Positions 13,577-27,810 of a stretch of DNA of 64,000 nucleotides are shown here, piece by piece. The first letter of the stretch is position 1. Each line of letters begins with the position of its first letter. The DNA comes from the human T2T-CHM13v2.0 reference genome, Homo sapiens. The stretch lies in the NCBI RefSeq assembly GCF_009914755.1, contig NC_060927.1, one strand, 5' to 3'. The position numbers and the translations under genes are program-made. The notes beneath the pieces are model-generated. The model ran no database searches and had not been told where the DNA came from. It saw nothing but the letters and a program-made list of their open reading frames with translations.

Positions 13577-14411
13577 CCTGTGTAGTTCTTTCTCTTGTAT
13601 ATTGTTCTGCAAACTGTGGGCATCTTGGTCTCCTAGGTGCCTGTAGCTCCATCTCCTCAACTAACTTGGTCCACTAAGCTCTTCTTGGGTTCCCTTTCCC
13701 AGCATTATGGCTGGAAACTCAAAGCAGTAACTACAGTAGTCATAGGGCTCATCTCCGTTGTCTCCTGACCTTGAAAATCAATGTTCTACTTTGTGTGGTG
13801 TCAAGTGTTTTGAAAGTTATTTCTTCCATTTATTTTTTCCTGTTTTTCTTTTTCTTTCTTTTTTCCCCTTGGTTGTTTCAGACAGGAGTTTAAATACAAT
13901 CAGCACCTATTATTCCATATTGGTTGGACGGGGAAGTTGGCATAGTCACTCTATATGATTTCAATTCTTTTACATTTTTTTAGACTTATTTTTGGCCTCA
14001 GATACAGTGTTTGTTGGCAAATGTACCAAGTGCATTTGAAGGGAATGTATATTCTACAGTTGGGGGTGTTGTGTTATATAAAATATCAGTTAGGTCAAAG
14101 TTGGTATCCTTCAAGATTCTTATCCTTCATCACTTTAAAGATAGTGTTCACTACCTGTTGGCTTTCTTTTTTCTGATGAAAAGTTTAGTCATTGAAGTCA
14201 TTGTTGTTAATGTATGTAATGTGTTGGTTTTCTGTGGCAGTTTTCAATATTTTCTCTTTATGGTTCTCATTAGTTTGAATATGATGTGTTTCAGTCTGCA
14301 AATTTATGCCCTTAAATTTGGGAAATTATTTTGCTGTAATTTCTTCAAATGTACACTGTTTTCTGTTTTATACATTAGATGCCTTTTCCACTTCTTCGTC
14401 TTCTTTATAAT

Positions 14412-15114
<703 letters not shown>

Positions 15115-16294
15115 GTCATCCTGCTCTTTTTTCCCTCCCAATTTTTTTCTCTGAGTTTTCAGGTTGGATCATCTCTATCGCTCTGTTTTATCATTTTTCA
15201 TGGTCACTGATCCTGCCATTTCTATTTAGTGAAGTTTAAAATTTCTAACATGTTTCAGTTCTAAAATTATTGTTTTGTTTTTTATATTTTATTTTTCTCT
15301 GCTGAGATTTTCAATTTTTAATTCATTATAGTGTATTTTTATGTACCTCATTGAGCATAGTTATAATGGCTGTTTTATTCTCATGTTGGGTGGGACCTTA
15401 AAAATAGCCATTTACAAATCTTTACTGTTAATTTCAACATCTGAGTTCTCTCAAGGTTGGTTGCTGTTGATTTTCTTTTCCTTTGACACTGGGTCCAGTT
15501 TTCCTTGTTCTTTAGATGTTGAATGATTATTTGATTGTATCTTAGACATTGTGAATATTTGGTTGTGAATACTCTGCATTCTATTCTGTTCCTCTGAAGA
15601 GCATTATTGTCTTTTGTTTTAGCAGGCAGTTTACTTGGATAGACCCAAATTGTAACTTACTTTCACCTATAGTGGGCAACAGCTGAAATATCAACTTAAT
15701 TAATTTAACCTCATCTTCAAACTGCAAGTATGTCCTGAACGGGAGTGCTTCAGCTGTCAAGAGACTTAGGCAGAATTTACAAATAATCAGGTCTGCCTTT
15801 CTCTGATTCTCTCTTTTCTAGGATTCCTCCTTACTTCCAGTGGCTGGATTTGCCTGGGGCTGTTCCCTCTGGTTCTCAGGCCAAAAGACCACAGGGTTTT
15901 CTCAGCAATTCAGCCATGTCTTACTACAACCATGACCTACCCTTAGGTCAAAACCTCAAAAGCAGTGAGGTACCACCATGCCTGCCCTTTCTTCCAAGTT
16001 TCAGCTTCCCTCCAAAATCTGTTTATTCACTCTTCAGAGATTTTAAATGGTTACTGACTACACTGTTTCCCCACACCTCACAGTTGATCTATCAGCGACT
16101 TCTGGGGTCTGTGCCATTAAAACATATGTACAATCTTTGTTCTCACTGCCTTTCCTACCACTTACCTAGACCAAGTCACCACCATCTCTCACCTGAATTT
16201 GTGCAATAGCTTCTTTACTGGTTGCATGATTCCCACTAGTTCCATTGTATTTTTAACATGGCAACTGGAATGAGTGGTCCTTTTAAAACCTTGA

Positions 16295-16614
<320 letters not shown>

Positions 16615-16902
16615 AGAAATACCATTAGGCCAGAACCTAATGCCTACTCCAGAGAAAATAAGGCCCTTAAGAATCCGATGAGCTATCTTTTTTTCATTTC
16701 ATCTCCTGTTCTCCTCACTCAATCACATTCACCTTCTTAGTATGCCTTAGTCTCAGCAGGCAGCTTCCCCTTCAAGGCCTTAATGCTGCCTATTCCTTCT
16801 GCCTGGACACGCTTCCCCAAATAGCTATAGTACCTAGCTTACTCTCTTGCCTCCTTCAGGTCATTACTCAGATGTCATCTGACTGAACTGCACCTCCCCC
16901 CT

Positions 16903-16952
16903 ACACATACATACAAACACACGCGCATGCACACACACACACACACACACAC
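16903..16952. repeat. (CA)n microsatellite
   Basis: Read directly. Confidence 0.9.
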
Positions 16953-17426
16953 CCTCCCTCCCTCTTGTCCCATTTGCTTGCTTCATTTTTCTGTTTTACC
17001 ACTGTTTCCATCTCTAGTTAATTTTTTTTTTCAATATCTGTCTCTACCCACTAGAATGTAAGCTATATCAGGGTAAGGATTGTTATCTGCTTTGTTCACT
17101 TTTGGATCTCCAGCACCAAGAACCTACACATCATTTGTGCTTAATAAACGTTTTCTGGTCAGATATATGAAGGAATAATTGGCTTTACTTTAATGTTTCT
17201 CATTTTTCTCTAGCTACTAAAAGCTAATATTTTAAAATATACATATTACTGATTCAGAACTGGAATGAACTAACAGAAGAAGCAATTATATGTCATTTTT
17301 AAGAAAAATAATTTCACTTTTTGCATCAAATATCATGAATTTCAAAAATGTAAAATAGCTGCTTTTATAAATGATATCACAGATATCTGTGCTGCTTTGT
17401 GACTTTTGCTGATTTAATAATGTCTT

Positions 17427-17609
17427 GCCCCAAGCATGGTGGCATGAGCCTGTAGTCCCAGCTACTCAGGAAGCTGAGGCTGGAGGATTACTTGAGCCCA
17501 GGAGTTCAAGGCTGTAGTGTTCTATGACTGTGAATAGCCTGTAAATAGCCACTGCACTCCAGCCTGGGCAACATAGCAGGACCTCATCTTTAAACAATTA
17601 AAAAATAAA
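17427..17609 (+). mobile_element. FAM (fossil Alu monomer)
   Basis: ggctgtagtg..ctatga...ctgtgaatagcc 7SL-like segment diagnostic of FAM; flanking taataatgt at 17415 and 17612. Confidence 0.85.
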
Positions 17610-18003
17610 GATAATAATGTTTTATGTTTGTATAACAGTTCCCGGTTTACAAAGCACTTTTGCATATTATCACATTTTATTTTATTAATCTCTAGTTTGC
17701 AAGTTGTCAGGTATTTTATATTTTTATTTTTAGATATATAGTTTGGTATATATTTTATATGAGTTTGGTATTTTATAAAAATCAACATGATGGGTATTTT
17801 TTGGGCAAGTTGTGGGAAAATACCACTCTGATGACTTAAAAAAAATTAAGATACCTGTGGAATATTTAGTGCTTATATTTGGTGAGGGAATATAAAGATT
17901 GCTTATTTTTGAATTATTACATGTGTATTTTGAAATTATATTTTTTTCTATACTTAATGTAGTATCATTTCATTCTAGATTTGAGACTAAATATTACTGT
18001 GTT

Positions 18004-18584
18004 CTGTTAACCCTTAAACAACATGTGTTTAAACTGTATGGGTCTACTTATACAAGGATTTTTTTTTACATAAATATTTTGTAAATTTTGTCTGTAGATT
18101 TGTGACAATTTTAAAAACTCACAGATGACCACTGTAACCTAGAGGTATTGTGAAAATTAAGAAAAAGTCACGTATGTCGTGAATGTATAAAATATATGTA
18201 GATACTAGTCTATGTTATTTACCACTATAAAATATATGAACTATTATAGAAAGTTAAAATTTATCAAAACTTAAACACATGAACACTTACAAACCATGCA
18301 TTGTGCCATTTGCATATGAGAGAAAGGGAAACAGATGTAAAGATGCATTGTTCAATCATAACTGCACAATTAACTGTTATACATACTGTACTACTGTAAT
18401 AATTTCTTAGCCACCTCCTGTTGCTATTGTGATGAGCTCAAGTGTTACATGTATCTGCTTCAAATGCCATGTGACACTAATTATTTCCATATGAGCAGTC
18501 CCCCTCTCCAGAAAATTGTATTACAGTAAGAAGTGATCTCTCGCAGTTCTTGCATATTTTTCATTGTGTTTATTGCAATACCAC
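18004..18584 (+). mobile_element. Tigger2-family (Tigger2b-like) DNA transposon, truncated
   Basis: ctgttaacccttaaacaacatgtgtttaaactgtatgggtctacttatac resembles the Tigger2 terminal inverted repeat; no second TIR seen. Confidence 0.8.
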
Positions 18585-18621
18585 AAGGCCATTTATCATT
18601 GTGTGAACATCATAGAGTGTA

Positions 18622-19674
18622 CAGTCATATATCACTTGATGAGGATACATTCTGAGAAATGCATCATTAGGTGATTTTGTCATTGTGCAAACATCATAGA
18701 GTGTAGTTATACAAACCTAGGTGGTATAACCTACTACACACCTAGGCTATATGGTATAGTCTGTTGCTCCTAGGCTATAAACCTGAACAGCATGTTGCTG
18801 TGCTGAATATTGTAAACAATGTTGACACAATGGTATTTGTATATCTAAACATATCTAAACATAGAAAAGGTACAGTAAAGATATGCTATAAAAGATAAAA
18901 AATAATGCACTTGATAGGGCACTTACCGTAAATAGACTTTGTAGGTGAGTCAGGGAGTGAGTGGTGAGTGAATGTGAGGGCCTAGGACATTACCATACAG
19001 TTCTGTTTACTTTATAAACACTACAGTTATACTACACTAAATTCATTTAAATTTTTTTTGTTCAATAGTAAATTAAACTTAGCTACTGTAACTTTTTACT
19101 TTATAAATTTTAATTTTTTTTAACTTATTGACCATTTTAAATAACACTCAGCTTACAACACAAACACATTGAACAGCCGTTAAAAACTTTAAAAAAAATT
19201 TTTTTAACTTTTTTGTTAGAAACTGAGATACAAACATGCACATTAGCCTAAACCTACACAGGGTCAGGATTATTATCAATATCATTGTCTCCCATCTCCA
19301 TATCTTGTCCCATTGGAAGATCTTCAGGGGCAATAACATCCATGGAGCTGTCACCTCCTATGATAATAGTGCCTTCTGTAATATCTCCTGGAGGACCTGC
19401 CTGAGGCTGTTTTACAGTTAACTTTTTTTTATAAGTAGAAGGAATACACTCTAAAATAATGATAAAAAGTATAGTACTGTGAATACATAAGCCAGTAACA
19501 CAGTCATTTATTATGCTATGCTTTTATATGCTGGGCAGCACAGTTGGTTTGTTTACACCAATATCACCACAAACACAGGACAGCCCTGACATCATTAGGC
19601 CATAGGAATCTTTCAGCTTTATTATAATCTTATGTCTTTTCTTGACCAAAACATTATTATCTGGTGCATGATTG
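18622..19674 (+). mobile_element. Tigger3b-like (Golem/MER7) DNA transposon
   Basis: TA|cagtcat...ttctgagaaatgcatcattaggtgatttt and ...gcatgattg|TA ends. Confidence 0.9.
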
Positions 19675-20400
19675 TAGGTCTCTTTAGCCTGGCCAGCTAC
19701 CCCCTACCCCCAGTCTAATACTGTTAGGTGTGGCTGGCCCTACTTTAAGTTGCTTTCTCAGCAAAAATACCCGGCGTGGTCTGAGAGAGCCAGTTTGAAT
19801 AACAAATTTGAATGTCACTCTGACCTCTGAGGAGCTGAAGACTAAGGCCAGGCCAAATTTCTTACTACACAAAGGTCTTTCTCTTTCACCTCTTAGATGA
19901 ATATGCAGTATTTTCATTTGGTCATTGTTTTTATATTTTTATGAGTATTGTATCTTTAACTCTTGAATTTTTTTGGAGTTTAATGCTGAAACTAAAGACA
20001 GATTTATTTTCACCCCTACAAAGAGCTAATCATTTCTGATACCATTTGTTAAATAATTCTTCCTTCTCTTCACTGATTTTGATGCCTTATTTACATTTGA
20101 TGCCTAGTTTTTAAACCTCTGTCAGATTAATTAGAGTAAATTATTCAGAAATAGTAGAAAGTGCTTAAATTTGACCTACTAATTTCTGACAAGGAAGACA
20201 TGGACAAATTATAAATAATGGACAAAAGAGCTAAAAAAACTGCAGGAGTCTAGTGACTGGCATATCTTTCTATAACCCCTTAAGGACATCGCTGTTTTAT
20301 AATCCCAAACTCTGCTTAATGCTTTAATGTTCATAATTATACTCTGGGTCATCAAGAAAGGATGAATGAAGTTCAGCAGTAATTACTTTAAGAAGACATA

Positions 20401-20553
20401 TAGTTGGCCCTCCATATCCACTGGTATGGAACCCATGGATATGAAGGGGTGACTGTCCTGTGCCATTTTATATAAGGGACTTGAGTATTCGAGAATACTG
20501 GTATCTGCAGGGAGTCTTGGAATCAATCCTCTGTGGATGTGGGAGGCTGACTG
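20401..20553. mobile_element. MER2-family TcMar-Tigger MITE
   Basis: agttggccctccatatcc ... gggacttgagtattc...ggtatctgcagggagtcttggaatcaatcc...gactg. Confidence 0.8.
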
Positions 20554-21574
20554 TGCAGCAAAATGCTGTGCAGATCTTAAAGAAAAGGAGGCAGGGCTGT
20601 ATGTGCTGACTAACAAGGGAAAATATCTATCAAATCATTATGGAGGGAAAATCATGAAGTTGCAAAAGTACAGGTGGTGCCATGCATATACTTTTACTAA
20701 TAACTCTGTGTATCTTTAACATGCATACAAAAAGCCTTGGGGGAATACTCACCAACTATGATGGGGAGGGGTGTAATAAGTAGTGGTGGTGTGTCTTTAT
20801 TTTCTGCTTTCTCACAGTATTTTGATTTATTTTAAAATAAGCTTGTATTTGTTTTGTAATTGAAAATTTGAAAGACAGTATACAAGTTTATAATGCATTA
20901 TAGAAAGATATCAGTCACAAACAAGTGATTTACATGTTGGAAGTTCAGTAGATTAGCTCTGAGAGTCAAATCATGACAATTCATTCCTCAAAGATTCACA
21001 TACATGGGATATGCCTTTCTTACACTATTTTTGGTATTAAAAAAAGAAAAACTTTATGGGAAAATATTTTATAATTGAGAAGCATTAATTGTTTTTAAGC
21101 AAAACAGGTCATAAATTATATTTTATATATTTTAGAAAAGATTTATGACTAGTTTCTTTATGAAGTAGCCTACTCTTTGTAGACTTCTATGTATTAGTAA
21201 TTTTATATTAGTGAAGATAGTTTTCGAAATATGTCATACTCTCAAAACTTGGGACTCAAGGTCAGAAGTAAGAGTTGAAATGGGGGAATGACATAATGAA
21301 TCAGGAACAGGTAAGACATCAAGAAACTCTTCTGCACTCCATCAGTAGGGTACGATCTAAGATTGCAAGTACACAGTCAAAAACAGAAACAGTTACCATG
21401 GAGATACCTAAAACAGAGTCTATATGTCATGAGATATAGTGGTAAGGATCAGCATGCTGAAGTAATATAGGCAAGCCAGTATTAAGCTAACTAACTATAG
21501 ATTATAGATTGTGCCTCAGAACTTGGGAGGCTAGGGAGGGAATGTGGGAACCAAAGATGAGCAAGTATACAGCT

Positions 21575-22045
21575 AATGATGGCAGCAGGAATAGCATGGC
21601 ACACTCAATGGCATAATCAGATAGATTAATGAATGGGCTATTAATAAAGGTTTGGGCAGGTTTAAGATGACCCATCAAAATTCCTGGCCCAGCAATTGCT
21701 GTGAGTCTTTACCACTTCTAGACCTGAAAAAGGAAAGGGAAGAGATCAGCTATAGAGCATTTTGAGAACATTGTAAGAGGTCTGCCTCAACAGAAACTTG
21801 GCCTTCAATAAAGAAATGTAGCCACTGTCAAACTACAGATCAGCAGGAAATAAACCCTAGCCCCTCCTTCTTCTTGCCCTCTAATTATTGTCCCTTCAGT
21901 GTCTTCTGTTAGCCAAACTCGAACACTAAATAGCTCAAGGGCAAGGCAACCTATGTGATGTAGTCCATGAAGTTTATCAAGCAGGTCAGGGTGGAGGAGG
22001 GCAAAGAGTGGGCCAGAAAGAGCAAATAAAGCTTATTCTAAGCAT
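21575..22045 (-). mobile_element. Old MaLR LTR (MLT1K/L-like)
   Basis: cagcaggaatagcatggcacactcaa ... ggcaaggcaacc...tgatgtagtccat motifs. Confidence 0.65.
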
Positions 22046-22279
22046 AGAACCTGATGGCAGCTGGATCAGTCAGCAGTTCCAGATAGCCCAATGAGTCCCC
22101 CAAAGTGCCATTTAGTGATTGTGGAAGAAGGAAGGAGAAGGAAAAGGAAAAATAAATTTATTTTAGTAAATACAATGAAATTTGCTTTTTCTTTAGGTAC
22201 TTTCAAAATAACATAGAACACTCCGCTATCACTGAAATCATTTAGTCAGAATTTTACATGACAGAGTACTTTCCCTTAG

Positions 22280-22580
22280 AATTTATTTATACAAAAATAA
22301 ATTGTGCCAGGCCCTATGCTAGGCAATGGGAATATAACAGTTCCTGACACTATTCCTGCCACCTTGTAGCTCACCGTCCTAGTGTAGGTAGGAGAGAGCT
22401 GTGCAGGCAATATGGATACAGTATAGCATTGTACTATAAACCATTCATCTATTATATTTAAAATATTTGAGACCCTACTGCTATGTGTCAGGAAAACTAC
22501 AAAGTGTTAAAAAGTGCACTGGAAACACAGGAGTGACTACCTCTGCCTGAGGAATCAGAGAGAACTCATAAAATGAGTGT
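22280..22580 (-). mobile_element. L2 fragment
   Basis: tgtgccaggccctatgctaggcaatggga...cctgccacc...gctcac. Confidence 0.65.
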
Positions 22581-25499
22581 AACTTTGGTAGCAGTGAAGT
22601 GCACTATTTTGTTTTTAGTTTTTCCCTACCTGGTTTCATTATAAATCATATGCATTAACAACTCAGTTATAAAAAGGAATGGTATCAACCCTGAGTAATA
22701 AAGTCCTTTTGATACAGTTATTGAGAGAGTATTTATCATTGCCTTATTAAATATGGAGAAATAACTGTGCTATTTTTTTAAATGTTTTCATTTGCTCATG
22801 TTTTCTTTGTTGACCCAAATGAATGAAATTAGAATAAACAATCTCTAAGTCATTTGTAATCATGAGCTGATTAATGGAGTTTGGTTTCATAGCCATTATT
22901 CATTCACGAACACCTGATATCTTTCCCATAAACAAATTGTGTTTGTCCAAATTAAGAAATTAAATGAAGCATTTGATGAGTTTATGATTGACCCTTCTAA
23001 CTCAGAGCCCATTAGTCATTGTCGTTATCATAGAAAACTCTTTGACTAATGTGCTGTCTAAAGAAGCATGTGGATTTATTATGACTTCTGATTAATGCTT
23101 GCTGCAAGCCAAACTACTAGATTATAATAATTTTTTGATTCTCATTTTAGCAGTCATTGAAGAATTTCATCTCTGATGAAATGCGTTTATGTCCCATTAG
23201 ATTTAGGGATGATTACAAGTTATTGAGTGGATAAATTTTTAAGGTATTATATGTTTTAGAAAACATACAGTATATGCTTTAAAAAAAGGCATTTTTTAAA
23301 AAAGCTGTTTTTTGTCTTTTAACTTTGTGGACATCATCTTTCCCTTTTAAGGTAATGAGCCTATTATTTAGATTTTATGAACTAGTACTTATTAATTTAT
23401 TAAGAAATTTAAATAGGAGAAGTACATGTATGAATTTATAACACTTGAAGTTCAACTTATCAATTTAAAATATTTATTTTAAAATTGTATGTAATCTTGT
23501 TTAATACATTTTAGTTTTGACAACAAAGTAAATCCCTCTTTGCCCAATTTATTCTCATTATAAAGTAAGAACAAGATTTCCACCTTAAAAAAAGCTCTTT
23601 AATAGACGAATATAGCTAAACCACTGTTAACGTAGGTCTTGTAGTGAGATACCTGCTAGAGGCTATATTATATGACCAACACACTATTATTATGAAACTA
23701 AGGACCTCAATATGGCCAAGCTGTTGTTTAATTTGTATTGGGGGGAAAAGGCAGTTTAAAAGATGGAAACATTGATTGACTTTCATCAGAATCCATGTTA
23801 TTAACAGAGTTTACAAGGCAGAAATGTAGGGTTTATAGTCTTTGTTGTTAAGTAAATTGACTTATATGCCTCTTAAAATGGGGAAGAGGTGAGCAGCATG
23901 CATGTTCACAGGACCATAATGTGAGTCGTATTCACTAGACCAAAAAAAAAAAAAAGATAATTTTATTACGTATTATTGCAAAATCATCGAAAAGAATGGC
24001 TTTATTGCCCATGGTAGTACATGGAAATAAAATGAATATTTTGAGCAGACAACAATGAAATAAGAAACATTTTATTTTAAAAGAAATTCCATGAAGTACA
24101 TACCATTTCTTGTTTTATATAACAAAATACTGTGTAATATAACCCGAAGTCACATGTGAAATTACATTTCTTTGTGACATTTTCATTAAAAAAAAAGTGG
24201 TTGGTTTAGTTACAGTTTTCCAGATATGACCTCTGAGTAATTAGGGAAATATCTGCCTCTATATATGTCTCAAATACAAATATAAGGATTATCTTTGATA
24301 AACCTGTCTCATTTCTCTGAGTACTACAGGCAATTAAGAGCCATTCAGTCACGTTTAATTATAAAACCTTCTGGTCAGAGAAGTTTCCTATCTCCCTTTG
24401 GGATTTATCTATGGCATTAGGTTCTGGACTACTCCAACTTTTGGCCTGGAATACTGATCAAGCAATTTGGGAACTTTAAAAAGGACCAGTATAATCAAGT
24501 GAATACTGGTTGCTTAGTAAGAGACAGAAACAGCCTATCAGTCAAATAATAGTGGTAACATTTAGCCTTAGAGTAGTTCCTTTAGCTTATTAAATAAAAA
24601 AATTAAGTCAACTAGAATGCATAACATAAGTATGAACCATCCACACCAAATTCATTGGTCATCTACAGTATTTGCACTTAAAATTCCATAGTTTTTCACT
24701 GGACTCAGTGCCTTAATATCTTTGTTAATAATTTAAACTACTGTGAAATAAAGGGGAAAAACTGTAAATCCTTACAAGTATTGGTATGGTTTACATTCCA
24801 GATCCAGACAAAATATCATGAAAACCTTTTAGTGTGTGACCAAGGATAAGATTTAGTTGGAGAAGAAAGGGTCATTTTTCCTTCTTGTATCATTATTTTT
24901 AAAACGTTTGCTTTAAAAAGAAATCATAGTTTGATGCATAGAATGTTTTGTGAAATGAGTCTTCTCAATATAGCTGGCTTTTTATCCTCACTAGAGGTTC
25001 TTAAGGCATCTCAGTGACAAACGCACACATGCACATATACTGAAAATAGACATGGTGATAACAAAAGGAATGCACAGAAGCATAATCTATCATTTTTGGC
25101 AGGCTAAGAAAGTTGGTTTAATGTACTGGAAGTGTCAAATAAGTATCAAGAAGTAATAAATGAAATTAATAACTAGATTAGAAAAACTTATTTACCTAGT
25201 GCAATATTCCAGTTGTTGATCTTTGTAAGACATTGGCTGACTGCTATGGAAGCTTTCTTTATTCATTTGAATATATATATATTTTATCAAACATTAATAT
25301 TATATAAAATTTTATAAATGGATTTATTTTCTTGTTTCCATTATAAAATGGGAGCTAAATTATTTTTAAAAATTGATTCTTAGACATAATGAGATTATTT
25401 TTAAATAACTTTTTAAACATATTTATGGAAAAATAATCCTTGATATATTAACAGTAATATTACTTTATGTTGTGTGTACTGTAACCATTTTCAAGATAT

Positions 25500-25680
25500 C
25501 ACCCTTTACATTATTTCATGATTCCCATATACTCTTATGAAATGAGCAGTGCATGTACTAATATTCCCATTTTAAACATGAGGAAATGAGGCTTAGAGAA
25601 GTTAGGAAACTTGTCAAAAATTTCATTGTTTACAAACAGCAATATAACTAGGACCCTAGGTAATAAAAGTAGGTCTGTTT
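25500..25680 (-). mobile_element. MIR
   Basis: cccattttaaacatgaggaaatgaggcttagagaagtta. Confidence 0.8.
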
Positions 25681-25720
25681 TGACAATTTACCAGGCATTT
25701 GGGGAGCCAAATTAGCCGTG

Positions 25721-26023
25721 TTTTTTGTTTTTTTTTTTTTTTTGAGACTGAGTCTCGCTCTGTAGCTCAGGCTGAACGCAGTGGCGAGATCTCAGCTCAC
25801 TGCAAACTCCGCCTCCCGGGTTGACGCCATTCTCCTGCCGCAGCCTCCAGGGTAGCTTGCACTACAGGCACACGCCACCATGCCCAGCTAATTTTTTGTA
25901 TTTTTAGTAGAGATGGGGTTTCACCGTGTTGGCCAGGATGGTCTCGATCTCCTGACCTCATGATCCGCCCGCCTCGGCCTCCCAAAGTGTTGGGATTACA
26001 GGCATGAGCCACTGCACCTAACC
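25721..26023 (-). mobile_element. AluY/AluSc8-like
   Basis: Complete Alu with acgccattctcc and ggatggtctcgatctcc; TSD caaattag (25708 / 26024). Confidence 0.92.
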
Positions 26024-26879
26024 CAAATTAGTCTTTAATATGACCCTTACCCCTTGAAATATACTATCAAGTTGGAGGAATAGATATAGATACAATTATT
26101 ATGTAAGTCAGAGTTAAATGATTGTAAAAATGTTGAGCAAACACAAAAGTTTATAGAAAAAAAACAGATTATTCTAACTGGGGAAGTCAGGGAAAAGTAA
26201 ATGAAAGTACTGAGAATAAAGTTGCCATCAAAGGATGATGTTGCCCCCTTCCCTCTTATAATTAACCCAGACGTTTTATTCTTCCAATACAGATTTCTCT
26301 ACTGATCAGAAATAAACATCACTCTTTCATCAGTTGCTTATTTTTCTGTAGTTTTACCATAAAGAAAAGCAGAGTGTTCAGGTGAATATTAGAGTAAAAC
26401 ATTATTATTTCTTTGTAAAATAACTTAACTGTTAGCTATCTTAATAGTTTGATTGCTTCATAAGAAAAAATTTTGAGCATAGTATATTCAATTGTGGACA
26501 AAGCTGTAAAACCTAATTTCAAAATATTCAGCTAGATATTGTCAACTTTTTCTATATATTTAACATTTTGAAATATCTATACATATGTACCCACATGAAT
26601 AAATGTAATAGAGATCAGTGCAGATTAATACAGTTGTGTTGTATCATGGCAACTGATATACCATGTAGGATATTGCCCTAAGTAAATTATCTTCTGAAGT
26701 GGTAAACAACTCAAAAAGTTTTGAACAAAGAAAAATATAATACTCTTTCAATTTACTTAGTAGGCGAGTTCTGGAAAATTTAGCATGAGTTAAGGCATGT
26801 GAAACAGTTTTTTTTGTGTTTATGTATAATTAGGTTCCAAGCTCAAATAATTACTCAAAGAATTTCACTTACATGTGTA

Positions 26880-27065
26880 TCTGGTAGGGCATTCACAAGT
26901 CATGTGAGACATGGAATAATTCTTTCCAGAGCAGTGCAGGATATCTAGAATTCTTGCTATACCAACTTAATGCTACTTGCCTTTTTCAGTCTCCTCAACT
27001 AAAAACATCATTATACATTTCCAGAGTGCCCTAAGGACAATAACTGCACCCATTGAGAACTATTG
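26880..27065. mobile_element. hAT-Charlie MITE, MER20B-like
   Basis: acatttccagagtgccctaagg...cccattgagaactattg terminal motif. Confidence 0.5.
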
Positions 27066-27659
27066 TTTTAGGGCTTTCTTTGTTTCTTCCTGGAAAAATA
27101 TCTTGATCTCATTTGACAAATATCCTTAGACAAAATTTATTCAGGTAACAGATTTGAGTAGCAATCTTACTGTGCCTTAAGTCAGAGGAACAATTAAGGG
27201 ATGTTAATTTCAGGAACTATGACCAGAAACAGAGAGAATTCCCTCTTCTTTGAACTCCTTTCATGAGGTGACTGTTGAGTGTTTGTATAGACCAAATTAA
27301 GTGCTTCATGGTTAAAGGTCAGGGCCAAAAGGAAAATACTATCAAAAGTCCTTCCATGAAGGAGTAGTGAATTCACATGTATAAAAATGACTCCAGGAAA
27401 GTGGAGCCTGGCCCAGTCTAGGTTTACCTTGCAACTATAGTTAGTGGTCTTAGACCTGGCCAGGGCCCAATCTGAATGGAGAAGTTGGACAATCAAGAAA
27501 GTAGGACTGAGGGGCCGCATGTATCTATGTCCTGGCAGTTATATATAACATTTTATGTAACAGTAATAAATATCTTAAAATAAAACATGATTTGGAATTG
27601 AAACTAAGTAACATAAGTGTAATGATAGTATTAATAAGTACATATTCCTTTTTGTAGTA

Positions 27660-27810
27660 ACTATTTTATGGAGCATTTATTATTTACTAGGGATTATACT
27701 AACTACATAGAATTTCTCTTATTTTATAATAATCGTAATATAAATACAATAATATTATTGTCCCTGGAGTACAGATAAGGAAACTAGGAAGTAGGGAGGT
27801 TAATTAAACA
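27660..27810 (-). mobile_element. MIR fragment
   Basis: gagcatttattat...tacagataaggaaact...gaggttaa. Confidence 0.6.

Noticed and set aside
23942-23955. Isolated poly-A/T runs (also ~33509 and ~56932)
   Set aside because: No flanking direct repeats, so not called as retro-insertions
27194-27520. 108-aa minus-strand ORF in GC-richer unique DNA
   Set aside because: No recognisable protein similarity in the frames examined, no splice or retrocopy hallmarks
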